A stretch of 64,000 nucleotides of DNA from an uncultured candidate division Zixibacteria bacterium. Lineage in GTDB: Bacteria; Zixibacteria; MSB-5A5; GN15; FEB-12. The position numbers were made by a program, and so were the translations under genes. Numbering within the stretch: the stretch's first letter is position 1; each line of letters begins with the position of its first letter. Below, one piece after another: positions 18,911-29,261 of this stretch. The notes beneath the pieces are model-generated. The model made no database searches and was not told the DNA's origin. It was given only the letters and a program-made list of their open reading frames with translations. The stretch lies in the NCBI GenBank assembly GCA_963664195.1, contig OY760907.1, positions 640,001-704,000 on the forward strand, in the 5' to 3' direction.

Positions 18911-21210
18911 CTAGCCGGTAGTCTCGCCAAGTACGCTGCTGAGGGCCATTCCCAGATCCTCCACCCTGTACGGTTTGGCCACTTTGGCGCGAAAGCCGTA
19001 CGCCCCCGGGTCGGCCATGACGGGGTCAGTGGAGTAACCGGATGAGACAATGGCCTTGACGCTAGGATCGAGCATCCGAAGATGCTGAAGGGCCTCTTTT
19101 CCCCCCATGCCGCCGGGAATGGTCAGATCCATTATCACTACGTCAAACGATCGTTCACTCTTCATCGCATTTCGGCAGGCCACCAGAGCAGTCTGACCGT
19201 CCGCGACCGCCACGGCCTCATACTCCAGCGACTTCACAATCGCGGTAGCTATGTCTCTGACAGGCTTTTCATCGTCAACGACAAGTACGCGTCCGGAGCC
19301 AGCGGAGAGCGTTCTTCCGGTTCCTGCCACGGTGGGCTCTTGATCGGTCGTGGCCGGCAGATAAATGCGGAACACGGTGCCTATGTCAACCTGTGAGCGT
19401 ACCGAGATGTGACCACCGTGCTGCCTTATAATCGAGTAACAGCTAAACAGCCCCAGTCCGTTTCCTGTGTCCTTGGTAGTAAAGAACGGATCGACAATCT
19501 TGGAGAGATGATCAATCGAGATACCAACGCCTTCGTCGGCAATCGATATCTTGACATAGCCTCCGGGTTTCAGGGGAAGATCGGATTCTCCTTTGACCGT
19601 GCAATTTTCGGCAGCAATGCGAATAGTGCCTCCGTTTGGCATGGCCTGATCCGCATTGATAACGAGATTGTTGATCACCTGGCTGATCTGTCCCGGGTCA
19701 GCCTTGACGTTTGCCAGGTCGTCCGCGATCCGGAACTCACATTTCGCACCGGAACCTCGGCGGGCGAATCCGGCAGAGTCCTTGATGATCCGCTCAATGG
19801 ATGTTGTCTCCAGCATCGGTAGGCCATCCCCGGCAGGTTGCTCATTAAAGTAGACAACTTGCGTTCGCTTTCGAGCAGCGCCGCCTCGGATTTCCGTCGT
19901 TCGGTGACATCGGTTCCGACGCCGACGAAGAGATCAACTTCACCTGACTGCTTGAGAACCGATTGGCCGTTCCATGCCACAAGCAGTTTCTGCCCATCGC
20001 GAGTAATCACATGGCTCTCATCGGAGGCGGGTATCAGACGGTTGCTCAACTGATCGAAAACGGACGAAACCGTGGCTCTGTCTTCGTCGGGGACGAACCG
20101 GGTCAAGTAGTCCGCACCGACAACCTCTTCCCTGCGATATCCGAGTTTTGACAGCATGGCGTCATTCATCATAATCGTCTTGCCGTCTCTATCGATAACC
20201 ACAAAAAACGAGGGCGACGACCGAATGAGCACATTATTGAAATCCCGCTGTCTTTTCAACTCCTCGGTTCTCTGGCGCACCTGCTTCTTGAGGGATCGGT
20301 TCCACAACATGACCGCTACCGCCACTATCAGCATAACACCGAGGCCTGCGAGAGGAAACAGGAGAAGGTGATGCCAGTGCAGTTCGGAATCGGAATCGAG
20401 GTCAATCCAGTTTCGATAGATATCTTTTCTGGTCCCGGCCGGGATTGTCGCCAGTGTCTTGCCGAGAATAGCAGCAAGTTCGGGCCAGTCCTTTCGGCAA
20501 GCCATCCGAAGATCGAACGAGTATTCGGTCTCCCCTGCCGGGCGGAGGTTTGATATGCCTTCGGCATCCATTTAGTAGAGAGCCACTCCGGCGTTGGCGA
20601 CCATCGCATCGGCCATACCGAACGACACCTTACGCAGAGCGGTCCTGACGGTCGGAACAACTTCCAACGCTATCGCCGGATAGTCCTTGCGTATCCGATC
20701 CGTGACAACATAACCTTCGACGCCGCATACGGCCATCCCGTCGAATTCCCCAAGCGTCAATGCACTCTCGACATCCTTGCGAACGATAATTACTATAGGA
20801 GCTTGCAGGTATGTCTTGGTGAAGCACATGTACTCCGCACGCTCAGGTGTTTCCATAATCGCCGGAATCAGGTCTACCCGGCCGGATTTCATCCCGGCAA
20901 GGGTTTCGCTCCAGGGATCCAGAGGTAGATAGGTGAACTCAATCCCCAGTCGCTCTTCGATCAGAGAGAAATAGTCGCCGGTTATTCCGTCGTGCTCGTC
21001 GTCTTCCCCGGCGAATTCATAAGGCGGCCAGTGCCGGTCTATGGCAACTCGAATTACAGGATGACGGTCCAGCCACTGCCGTTCCTCTTCGGTCAGGAAC
21101 GACCTGTCGGCAGCGCCCACAGACACGCAGAGAACAGAGAACAGGCAAATCGCGCTGAGACACCTGTAGATACTTGGGAAACCGTTCATATCGTTGAAGT
21201 CCCCATCCAA
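18911..21210 (-). pseudogene. Decayed hybrid histidine kinase (solute-binding domain-TM-PAS...HATPase-REC)
   Basis: In-frame TAA at 20572-20574 (GVALY*MDAEG); frame switch near 19815 joins a PAS start (MSNLPGMAYRC) to the HATPase part; no HisKA H-box. Confidence 0.8.
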
Positions 21211-21497
21211 TCAGCAACACGTTTGCGGTAGTCGGCTTAACGCAGGACAAACGAAAACGCAATCGCCTTCGTGAGCAACGTCCGAGGACAACTCTATCAA
21301 ATGAAGTGCCTGTGGTGGATCACCCCCGGTGGCCTCGACCCTGTCTCGCCGGCATACCTCGCCACTGGTTCTACTTTAGAAACACGGCGCGACGACAGTC
21401 ATTGCCAGCAAAAACAACAACGGAATCCTGACCAGTCGCATTTGAGAAAGCCTTCCGGTGAGGATATCAGAACCGCTCACGGCGAAGCGGGCAGTCC

Positions 21498-23903
21498 CTA
21501 CTCATACCGCAGTGTCTTTACGGGATCAGCTCTTGCAGCACGGATCGCCTCCCAACCGACCGAAACGAGGGCGACAACCAAGGCCATCCCACCGGCAAGA
21601 AGGAATTCGACAACTCCGATTTCTGTCCGGTAGGCAAAGTCATTCAACCAGCGATCCATGGCGTAGTATGCCACCGGACAGGCAACCAGCTCCGCGATCA
21701 ATACCCAGCGCGCAAACTGACGGGACAGCATCAAGACAATCCCGGCAACGGTAGCGCCGAGCACGCGCCGAATGCCGATCTCCTTTGTGCGCCGTTCCGT
21801 CGTGTAGGATGCCAGGCCGAACAAGCCAAGTCCAGCAACAAAGATCGCAATGACGGTTCCACATGCGAATATCCGGCTCAATCGTTCTTCGCTCTCGTAC
21901 CGGGAGGCAACAACATCGTCGAGAAAACGATACTCCAGGGGGAACTCGGAGTACTTCTTCCAGACATCATTGGCATGCGCAATTGCACCGGCGACCTCGT
22001 TCGGGTCGATCTTCAGCGAGATTGACCGAAGCAGGCCCGTGGACAGACGAAGCGCCATGGGACCAACTTTCTCGTGCATGGAAGCAAAGTGAAAATCCTT
22101 GACCACCCCGATTACCAGACCCGGCTTTTTTGAACTTAGACCAAACTGCTTACCTATCGCGTCATCCCAACCGCAGGCCCTAACGGCCGCCTCGTTCAGC
22201 ACGTATGCCTTGCCCTTGTCTTCCGGGCGGTCAGAAGAGAAGCCACGACCGGCGATGAGTTCCATGCCATAGAAGTCCATGAAGTCGTAATCGACGTCGT
22301 TGTAGTCCAGGTAGAATTGCTCGTCATCCTTCTTGCCTTCCCACCAGCAGCCGCCGGCCCCGCCGCCGGAATTGGTCGGGTACGCGGTCGAGGTCGTCAG
22401 ATTCAGAACTCCGGAATGATTCAGCAGGTCCCTCTGCATGGCCAGAGAACTCCCTTTCAGGCGAAAGTCGTTTATCGGCGCGGCGAGAACATAGTCTGTG
22501 TCAATACCAAGGTCTCTATCATGAACGAACTGCAATTGCTTGTGGACGACCAGCGTGCAGATCACGAGTACAATCGAAATCACGTACTGAATCACGACCA
22601 ACCCGCTTCTCAATAACCTTGAGCCTGTCGATCCCTGCGATGAAAAGACCCGAAAAATGCTGATAGTCTTGAACGATGAAAGAAAAATCGCCGGATAACA
22701 ACCGGATACGATTCCGACAACAATCGCTATTCCCAGCGCAGTCGCTACCGCCTCGACACTGGCATATGCACTCAACTCCAATCGAGTCCCTATTAGAGTA
22801 TTGAAGGCCGGCAGACAGGTTTCGGCAAGTCCGACCGCGAGTATCATTGCTATGACTGAGAGAATAATCGACTCTCCGAGAAACTGCTTAACCAATTGCC
22901 AGCGCCGCGCTCCGAGCACTTTGCGCATACCTACTTCCCGCGCTCTTGCCGCCGATCGAGCGGTTGACAGATTCATGTAATTGAAACCGGCAATGAGCAG
23001 GATCAATAACGCAATCGCCGAGACAAAATAGACGTAACGCACATCGCTGTTCTGTTCCAGTTCCATTTCGGCCTGGCCGTGCAGATGAATGTCGGTCAAC
23101 GGCTGCACTGAGATCGGAATGGCCTGCCCTGCAGGATATTGCCTCTCCACGAAGGCTGCGAGTTTCTTCTCAAACGCCTCGGCATCCACACCCTCGTTCA
23201 GTTTGAGGTAGACCTGACCGGATAACACTCCCCAATCCCCTCCGACGCCAAACATCATGGCGCCGCCACCGCCCGAATCCTCGTGCCAATAGTCCCGTCG
23301 AGTCTCTCGCGATACCAGGTAGTCAAACTTGAGGTGCGAGTTTTCCGGCACATTCTGCATTACACCGGCTACCGTAAGGTCAAACACGGTGCCGAAGTGA
23401 ATAGTCTTGCCGATCGGATCTTGATCACCGAACAGCTTCTTGGCCGTCTCCTCGGTAACAAATGTCGTGTACGGTTCAGCCAGACGTGTCCGGGGATCGC
23501 CCGATACTACGCCGAAACTGAATACATCGAAAAAGTCCGGTTCCACGAAGAACACACGGTCCTCGTGGAAGCTTCTGTCCTCGTATCTGATAAGGGCATG
23601 ATCTTTGCCGATTCGGGCCGCCGCCCGGACCTCCTGGAAGTTCTCGACCATCGCCGCCTGTAGCGGTTTTGCGACCGTGTTGCAGTCGACGAGGCCTTCG
23701 TCCTGCACCTCGAAGACGGAGACAATGCGATATATGCGCTCGGCGCCGTCGTGGAACCGGTCATAGGTTAACTCGTATCTGATCCAGAGTGTAATGAGCA
23801 GGCAACAGGCCATGCCGACTGCAAGTCCCACGATGTTGATAAGCGTGTACGCCTTGTTACGATAGATACTTCGGAGCGCGATTTTCAGATAGCTTTTCAG
23901 CAT
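21498..23903 (-). CDS. ABC transporter permease, MacB/FtsX family
   Basis: MLKSYLKIALR, NYMNLSTARS..RAREVGMRK, RRTKEIGIRRVLGA, DPVKTLRYE. Confidence 0.92.
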   Translation of the reverse strand: MLKSYLKIALRSIYRNKAYTLINIVGLAVGMACCLLITLWIRYELTYDRFHDGAERIYRIVSVFEVQDEGLVDCNTVAKPLQAAMVENFQEVRAAARIGKDHALIRYEDRSFHEDRVFFVEPDFFDVFSFGVVSGDPRTRLAEPYTTFVTEETAKKLFGDQDPIGKTIHFGTVFDLTVAGVMQNVPENSHLKFDYLVSRETRRDYWHEDSGGGGAMMFGVGGDWGVLSGQVYLKLNEGVDAEAFEKKLAAFVERQYPAGQAIPISVQPLTDIHLHGQAEMELEQNSDVRYVYFVSAIALLILLIAGFNYMNLSTARSAARAREVGMRKVLGARRWQLVKQFLGESIILSVIAMILAVGLAETCLPAFNTLIGTRLELSAYASVEAVATALGIAIVVGIVSGCYPAIFLSSFKTISIFRVFSSQGSTGSRLLRSGLVVIQYVISIVLVICTLVVHKQLQFVHDRDLGIDTDYVLAAPINDFRLKGSSLAMQRDLLNHSGVLNLTTSTAYPTNSGGGAGGCWWEGKKDDEQFYLDYNDVDYDFMDFYGMELIAGRGFSSDRPEDKGKAYVLNEAAVRACGWDDAIGKQFGLSSKKPGLVIGVVKDFHFASMHEKVGPMALRLSTGLLRSISLKIDPNEVAGAIAHANDVWKKYSEFPLEYRFLDDVVASRYESEERLSRIFACGTVIAIFVAGLGLFGLASYTTERRTKEIGIRRVLGATVAGIVLMLSRQFARWVLIAELVACPVAYYAMDRWLNDFAYRTEIGVVEFLLAGGMALVVALVSVGWEAIRAARADPVKTLRYE

Positions 23904-23909
23904 AGGTGT

Positions 23910-23993
23910 CTACTCAGCGTTGGTTTCTCTGATCCTGCCGTCTCTCAAGTTAGCGATTCGGTTTCCGTAGGTGACGTGAGCAACAGACTGGGT
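23910..23993 (-). pseudogene. 3' vestige of a second ABC ATPase gene
   Basis: Reads TQSVAHVTYGNRIANLRDGRIRETNAE*, matching the H-loop/C-terminus of the neighbouring ATPase ([21 protein letters not shown]). Confidence 0.55.
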
Positions 23994-24036
23994 CTTGTCG
24001 CGGCATGTGCTTCGCGCCGCAACAACGAAGCATCTC

Positions 24037-24726
24037 CTAAACACGCGCTCTTCCCGCGATATTCTCGGTCACCACGTGACCGTCGAACAGGTGGATCACC
24101 CGCTGGGCATACTCGGCGTAAGCCTGCGAGTGTGTGACCATGACGATGGTAGTACCGGCCTCGTGGAGATCTGTGAGCATCGCCATGACCTCGTCGCCGT
24201 GGGTGGAATCAAGATTACCGGTAGGCTCATCGGCAAGAATCAGTTTCGGTTTTGCAACCACCGCCCGCGCAACAGCTACCCGCTGCTGCTGACCGCCAGA
24301 TAGCTGTTGGGGGAAGTGGTTTTTTCTCGATATGATATTCATCTGATCCATGATTTCGTGGACACGCAGCCTGCGTTGAGCATTCGACGTCCCCAGGTAC
24401 AGGAGCGGGAGTTCGATATTCTCTGCCACGGTCAACTCATCAATCAAGTTGAAGCTCTGAAACACAAAGCCGATATTCGCTTTGCGGAGGTTGGCACGCT
24501 GACGTTCGGTGTACTTGGATACCTCGTGGTCGAGAAAATGGTACTCGCCGTGCGATGGATTGTCGAGCATACCCAACACGTTGAGCAGGGTTGACTTACC
24601 GCAACCGGAAGGTCCCATAATGGCCACAAACTCGCCTGGCTGGACTTCGATATTGACGTTGTTCAGGGCGGTGGTCTCGACCTCTTCAGTGGTGTATCGT
24701 TTCCTGAGATCAACCGTTCGAATCAT
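24037..24726 (-). CDS. ABC transporter ATP-binding protein, LolD/MacB type
   Basis: Walker [28 protein letters not shown]. Confidence 0.95.
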   Translation of the reverse strand: MIRTVDLRKRYTTEEVETTALNNVNIEVQPGEFVAIMGPSGCGKSTLLNVLGMLDNPSHGEYHFLDHEVSKYTERQRANLRKANIGFVFQSFNLIDELTVAENIELPLLYLGTSNAQRRLRVHEIMDQMNIISRKNHFPQQLSGGQQQRVAVARAVVAKPKLILADEPTGNLDSTHGDEVMAMLTDLHEAGTTIVMVTHSQAYAEYAQRVIHLFDGHVVTENIAGRARV

Positions 24727-24790
24727 TGCGTATCTCCTGTTTATCTCTGGCAGATGTCTTCTCGAATTATCCTGTCGGCCCGCATAGCCG

Positions 24791-26050
24791 CTATTCGTTC
24801 AGTATCAGCTTATCGTTGTCTCCAAAGTTCTCGTAGGATGAAATAACGACCCGGTCCCCCGGTTCAAGCCCCTCAAGAACTTCAAAGTATTCCGGGTTCT
24901 TGCGTCCGAGGCGGATATCCCGTCTGGTGGCAAATCCGCCGTCCTCGTTGACGACAAAGGCCCAATTACCGCCGGTTGACTGATAGAAACTTCCTCGAGG
25001 CAGCAGCACCGCCTCCGTAAGGTCGTCGAGTTCAAGCCTCACGTGCACGGTCTGGCCACGACGAACTCCTTCGGGGGCTTCCCCTACAAATTCCAGATCA
25101 ACTTCAAACCGCCCGTCTCGGATTTCTGGATATATCTTGGTCACTTCCAATCGGTATGTATTGCCCGTCAGATCGAAGTCCCCCCTCATACCTACATTGA
25201 GGCGTGTGACATAGAGTTCGTCAACATCGGCACGAACTTTGTAGCCGTCGAGGATGTCAATCTGCCCCAGCCGCTGACCGCGCGTTTTCGATTCGCCGAT
25301 TTCGGCGTTAAGCGAGGTCAGGTGACCGGACACCGGCGCTCGAAGGTAAAGATTCTCTTCGTTTTGGCGTACGAATTCGAGATTGGCCTGAATGCGATCC
25401 ACCGACTGCTCAAGCATTTCGATCTGTAGCGACCGGAACACAGAGTCCTGCCGCTGCGTCTCGATTGTCAGATCACGATTCTTGATGAGATAGTTGAACC
25501 GGTCGCGGGACTCCTCAAACTCGTCCTGCGAAATCAACTTCCGCTTCACCAACTCCGCATTGCGGTTGAAAAGACGCTCGGCCGACGTGACCTGATAGTC
25601 AAGCTCAACCAGTTGAGCCTCCAGTCGGAGGCTGTTCTGCTGCATCGCCAGACGAGTATTGCGAAGGTTGTTGCGCTGTTCAAACAGCGAGGCCTCACGA
25701 TTCATGATGTCCAAACGAAGGTTCGTATTGGCCAGATACAGAATCGTGTCCCCCTTCTCGACAAAGCTCCCCGCCTCGCGGACAACTGCCTCTACCCGCC
25801 CACCTTCGACGGCGTCGAGGTAGTAGGTCTTGATCGGCAGCACAGAGCCGAGAAGCGGAATGTAGAATTGAAACGCACCGTTCTCCACAGTCGAAATCTG
25901 CAGGCGACCGGTTTCGACATTCAGCCGAGATGAACTGTCGCTGATGAGAAAGACGTACACAAGCAGACAGACCAGCGCAACAACTCCCCCGATCCGGGTC
26001 AGCCGTTTTCTCGACCATTTGCTCTGTTCTATCTTCCTATCCATCCCCAT
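24791..26050 (-). CDS. Efflux periplasmic adaptor subunit (HlyD/MacA family)
   Basis: N-terminal anchor, biotinyl-like GGRVE..V.KGD, coiled coil, LRAPVSG, VLEGLEPGDRV. Confidence 0.9.
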   Translation of the reverse strand: MGMDRKIEQSKWSRKRLTRIGGVVALVCLLVYVFLISDSSSRLNVETGRLQISTVENGAFQFYIPLLGSVLPIKTYYLDAVEGGRVEAVVREAGSFVEKGDTILYLANTNLRLDIMNREASLFEQRNNLRNTRLAMQQNSLRLEAQLVELDYQVTSAERLFNRNAELVKRKLISQDEFEESRDRFNYLIKNRDLTIETQRQDSVFRSLQIEMLEQSVDRIQANLEFVRQNEENLYLRAPVSGHLTSLNAEIGESKTRGQRLGQIDILDGYKVRADVDELYVTRLNVGMRGDFDLTGNTYRLEVTKIYPEIRDGRFEVDLEFVGEAPEGVRRGQTVHVRLELDDLTEAVLLPRGSFYQSTGGNWAFVVNEDGGFATRRDIRLGRKNPEYFEVLEGLEPGDRVVISSYENFGDNDKLILNE

Positions 26051-26138
26051 TCTGAGATGTTTGCCTTCCTATTGTTGACCAGGCGCCTGTTCTGCAGTAC
26101 GACCCGATTGGCCCGGGGTTACTTTCGTTTGCACTCTA

Positions 26139-26154
26139 TACAAGAACCGTGCCA
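26139..26154 (-). promoter_or_regulatory. Sigma54 -24/-12 promoter of the export operon
   Basis: Minus strand TGGCACGGTTCTTGTA (TGGCAC-N5-TTG with GT at -12); divergent from an NtrC-type activator. Confidence 0.7.
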
Positions 26155-26310
26155 CGGCCATAGATCGTTATGGAACAGCATGTTAGGGATTGGCAGCGCA
26201 GCGAAATCGTACGATTTCGCAACAAATAGTGTGCGTTTCCGTACAGCTTGCTATGGACCGACCCGATTTTCCGCAATCCTTGTCAGACAGCAGGGGAGCA
26301 TCAGCATAGC

Positions 26311-27702
26311 ATGACAACCACAGAGATCAGCAGAAAACAGGGCAAGATACTGGTAGTTGATGACAATGAGGACATCCTTCTGGCAGCACGACTCCTGCTT
26401 CGCCCACACGCCGCAACGGTACACACAGAAACAAACCCGAGAAATATCCCGGCCCTGCTTGGCAACGAATCATACGACGTAATCCTACTGGATATGAATT
26501 TCACCCGCGATGTCTCCAGCGGGCAAGAAGGATTCGATTGGTTGCACAGCATTCTTGAAATCGACCCCTCGGCCGTTGTGATACTGGTCACTGCTTACGG
26601 TGATGTAGAAATGGCGGTGCGTGCGGTAAAAGAAGGCGCAACCGATTTTGTGCTGAAACCCTGGCAGAACGAAAAGCTGCTGGCGACCGTTTCGGCAGCC
26701 ATGAATCTTCGGAGGACCAAGCTGGAAGTCAACGGACTTCGTCAGGCACAGCAACAGCTCAGTGCCGATATGGACAAGCAGTACCGCGATTTCGTCGGCG
26801 TTTGCCCCGCCATGCAGGATGTCTTTGACATGATTGAGCGCGTGGCCGGCACCGATGCCAATGTCTTAATCCTCGGCGAGAACGGTACCGGCAAGGAACT
26901 GGTGGCCCGTGCGATTCACCGCCTGTCAAAGCGGTCCGGGAAAGTGTTCATCAGTGTCGATGCCGGCGCGATCAGCGAACCCTTGTTTGAAAGCGAGTTG
27001 TTCGGCCATGTGGCAGGGGCGTATACCGACGCTCGCAAAGATCGAGCGGGTCGGTTTGAAGTTGCTGACGGCGGCACGTTGTTTCTCGACGAGATAGGGA
27101 ATCTTCCGCTGGCGTTGCAGGCCAAGCTGTTGACCGTACTCGAACGTCGGCAGGTAATCAGGCTCGGAAGCAACAAGCCGCGCGAAATTGATATCCGGCT
27201 GGTGTGCGCCACGAACCGAAGTCTGCCTACAATGATTGTGCAGGGCAGTTTCCGGCAGGATTTCCTCTATAGGATCAACACAGTAGAAATACAGCTTCCA
27301 CCGCTCCGAGAGCGGCAGGACGATATCCTGTTGTTGTCCGAACACTTCCTTTTCAAACATTGTCAGAAGTATGGAAAACAAACCATGCGGCTCGGTGCCA
27401 CCGCCCGTCAGTTGTTTGAACGCTATTCCTGGCCGGGAAACGTTCGTGAATTGCAGCACGCACTTGAACGAGCGGTGATCATGAGCACAGAATCCACGCT
27501 CCGGGCGGAGGATTTCAGCTTCTCCCCTGCGTCGCCCTCAAATACAGCCCTGCAGCTCGATGAGTACAATCTCGGCCGGGTTGAGAAGCTGGTTATTCTC
27601 AAGGCGATAGACAAACATAAAGGCAATATCAGTCACACGGCGAGTGAACTTGGTCTGACTCGAACCTCGTTGTATCGGCGAATGCGGAAACATGGGCTTT
27701 AA
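26311..27702 (+). CDS. Sigma54-dependent response regulator (NtrC family)
   Basis: REC domain, GENGTGKE, GAYTDA (GAFTGA variant), WPGNVREL, C-terminal Fis HTH. Confidence 0.93.
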   Translation: MTTTEISRKQGKILVVDDNEDILLAARLLLRPHAATVHTETNPRNIPALLGNESYDVILLDMNFTRDVSSGQEGFDWLHSILEIDPSAVVILVTAYGDVEMAVRAVKEGATDFVLKPWQNEKLLATVSAAMNLRRTKLEVNGLRQAQQQLSADMDKQYRDFVGVCPAMQDVFDMIERVAGTDANVLILGENGTGKELVARAIHRLSKRSGKVFISVDAGAISEPLFESELFGHVAGAYTDARKDRAGRFEVADGGTLFLDEIGNLPLALQAKLLTVLERRQVIRLGSNKPREIDIRLVCATNRSLPTMIVQGSFRQDFLYRINTVEIQLPPLRERQDDILLLSEHFLFKHCQKYGKQTMRLGATARQLFERYSWPGNVRELQHALERAVIMSTESTLRAEDFSFSPASPSNTALQLDEYNLGRVEKLVILKAIDKHKGNISHTASELGLTRTSLYRRMRKHGL

Positions 27703-29047
27703 GCACTTTCGCCTTCATTGCGCTGTCCGAACCCTGATGCTGGTCGCCGTCATCACTCTGTTCGTCTTCCTGCTGACACAAACCAGCCTGTACGCAAGCA
27801 CGTGTGTGGTCGGATTCATTATCCTGTTCCAGATATGGGAGTTGATCCGGTATGTCGACCGCTCCAATCGCGATCTCGCAAGGTTCCTGATGGCCGTCCG
27901 CCACGCCGATTTCGACCAAACCTTTCCCGATGATGGCCGAGGGGAATCGTTTCGCACTCTGCGCAACACGTTTAATGCGATACTCGAGGAAATTCACCAG
28001 AACCGCCGCGAGAAACACGAACACTTCCGGTACCTCCAGACGGTCGTGCAGCATGTCGGAATCGGCCTGATCGGCGTTCAACCGGACGGCAGCATAGACC
28101 TTCTCAACACCGCTGCAAAGAAGTTGCTGAGAGTAGCCCATCTCCGATCCCTCGCTGACCTCCCCGACGAATGCAAAGACCTCGTCTCCAACATCGAGTC
28201 ATTGCGGCCGGGCGACAAGGGGTTGGTCAAACTCACTCGTCAGGACGAGACCGTTCAACTTGCGCTCTCAGCGACCGGGTTGAAGCTGCGTGATCAAAGC
28301 ATCAAGCTGGTCTCCCTGCAAAACATCACAAGCGAACTCGCCGAACGTGAGATGGAAGCCTGGCAGCAACTGGTGCGAGTGCTGACACATGAGATCATGA
28401 ACTCGGTAACGCCCATCAGCTCCCTTTCAGCAACCGTCCGCACAATGCTGGGACCGTCGAGGAACGAGCCAATTCAGGAGACATCAATTGACGGTGATAC
28501 GCTACGCGATGTCAGAGCAGCCGTGGACACGATCGAGAAACGAAGTGTCGGGTTGATGCACTTCGTGGAGGCCTACCGCGATCTCTCCCGCATCCCGGCG
28601 CCCGATTTCCAGATTTTCCCGGTGGGCGATCTTTTCTGCCGCGTGGCACAACTGGCACGAGCGCGCAAGGATTCTCGGGGATTGACCGTGACGACAGAAG
28701 TGATCCCACCGGGCCTCGAACTCACCGCCGATCCGGAATTGATAGAACAGGTCCTGCTCAATCTCGTCATCAACGCCGTCCAGGCCCTCAAGGATATCGA
28801 GAACGGCAAGGTGAAACTGGCCGCTTCGCTAAATGATCTAGGACGAGTGGTCGTGAGAGTAATCGACAACGGTCCCGGAGTCGATCCGCAGGCGCTCGAC
28901 AGATTGTTTGTTCCGTTTTTTTCTACCAAACCCGGCGGGACCGGAATAGGGCTGAGTCTTTCCCGTCAAATAATGCGTATACACAGGGGCGAAATCTCCG
29001 TATCGTCAGAACCCAACGTCCATACCTCGTTTTCTCTCCGCTTTTAG
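27692..29047 (+). CDS. PAS-domain sensor histidine kinase
   Basis: Two TMs, PAS, H-box LTHEIMNS, DNGPG, GTGIGL; overlaps the regulator gene. Confidence 0.92.
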   Translation: MGFKHFRLHCAVRTLMLVAVITLFVFLLTQTSLYASTCVVGFIILFQIWELIRYVDRSNRDLARFLMAVRHADFDQTFPDDGRGESFRTLRNTFNAILEEIHQNRREKHEHFRYLQTVVQHVGIGLIGVQPDGSIDLLNTAAKKLLRVAHLRSLADLPDECKDLVSNIESLRPGDKGLVKLTRQDETVQLALSATGLKLRDQSIKLVSLQNITSELAEREMEAWQQLVRVLTHEIMNSVTPISSLSATVRTMLGPSRNEPIQETSIDGDTLRDVRAAVDTIEKRSVGLMHFVEAYRDLSRIPAPDFQIFPVGDLFCRVAQLARARKDSRGLTVTTEVIPPGLELTADPELIEQVLLNLVINAVQALKDIENGKVKLAASLNDLGRVVVRVIDNGPGVDPQALDRLFVPFFSTKPGGTGIGLSLSRQIMRIHRGEISVSSEPNVHTSFSLRF

Positions 29048-29261
29048 TCTACCCCCACTAACCAGTTGTGTCTCTTTCACATACCAGCAAGTATGGCGAC
29101 TGCGCAAGTTTTCAACAGTTTCCCATACCGGTGTTTGGAAACTGGAGTCATTGTCTCCGGAACAGTCAGATTACCTACAATCCGTCCGAAATAGCGTAGT
29201 AACCTCATTGGGCAAGAAATTTGAGCATACGGATCTATACAGTAAAAGGAAGGGACTACAA

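Noticed and set aside
4000..21500. Integron cassette array
   Set aside because: Mixed gene orientations, no recurring attC-like sites and no intI
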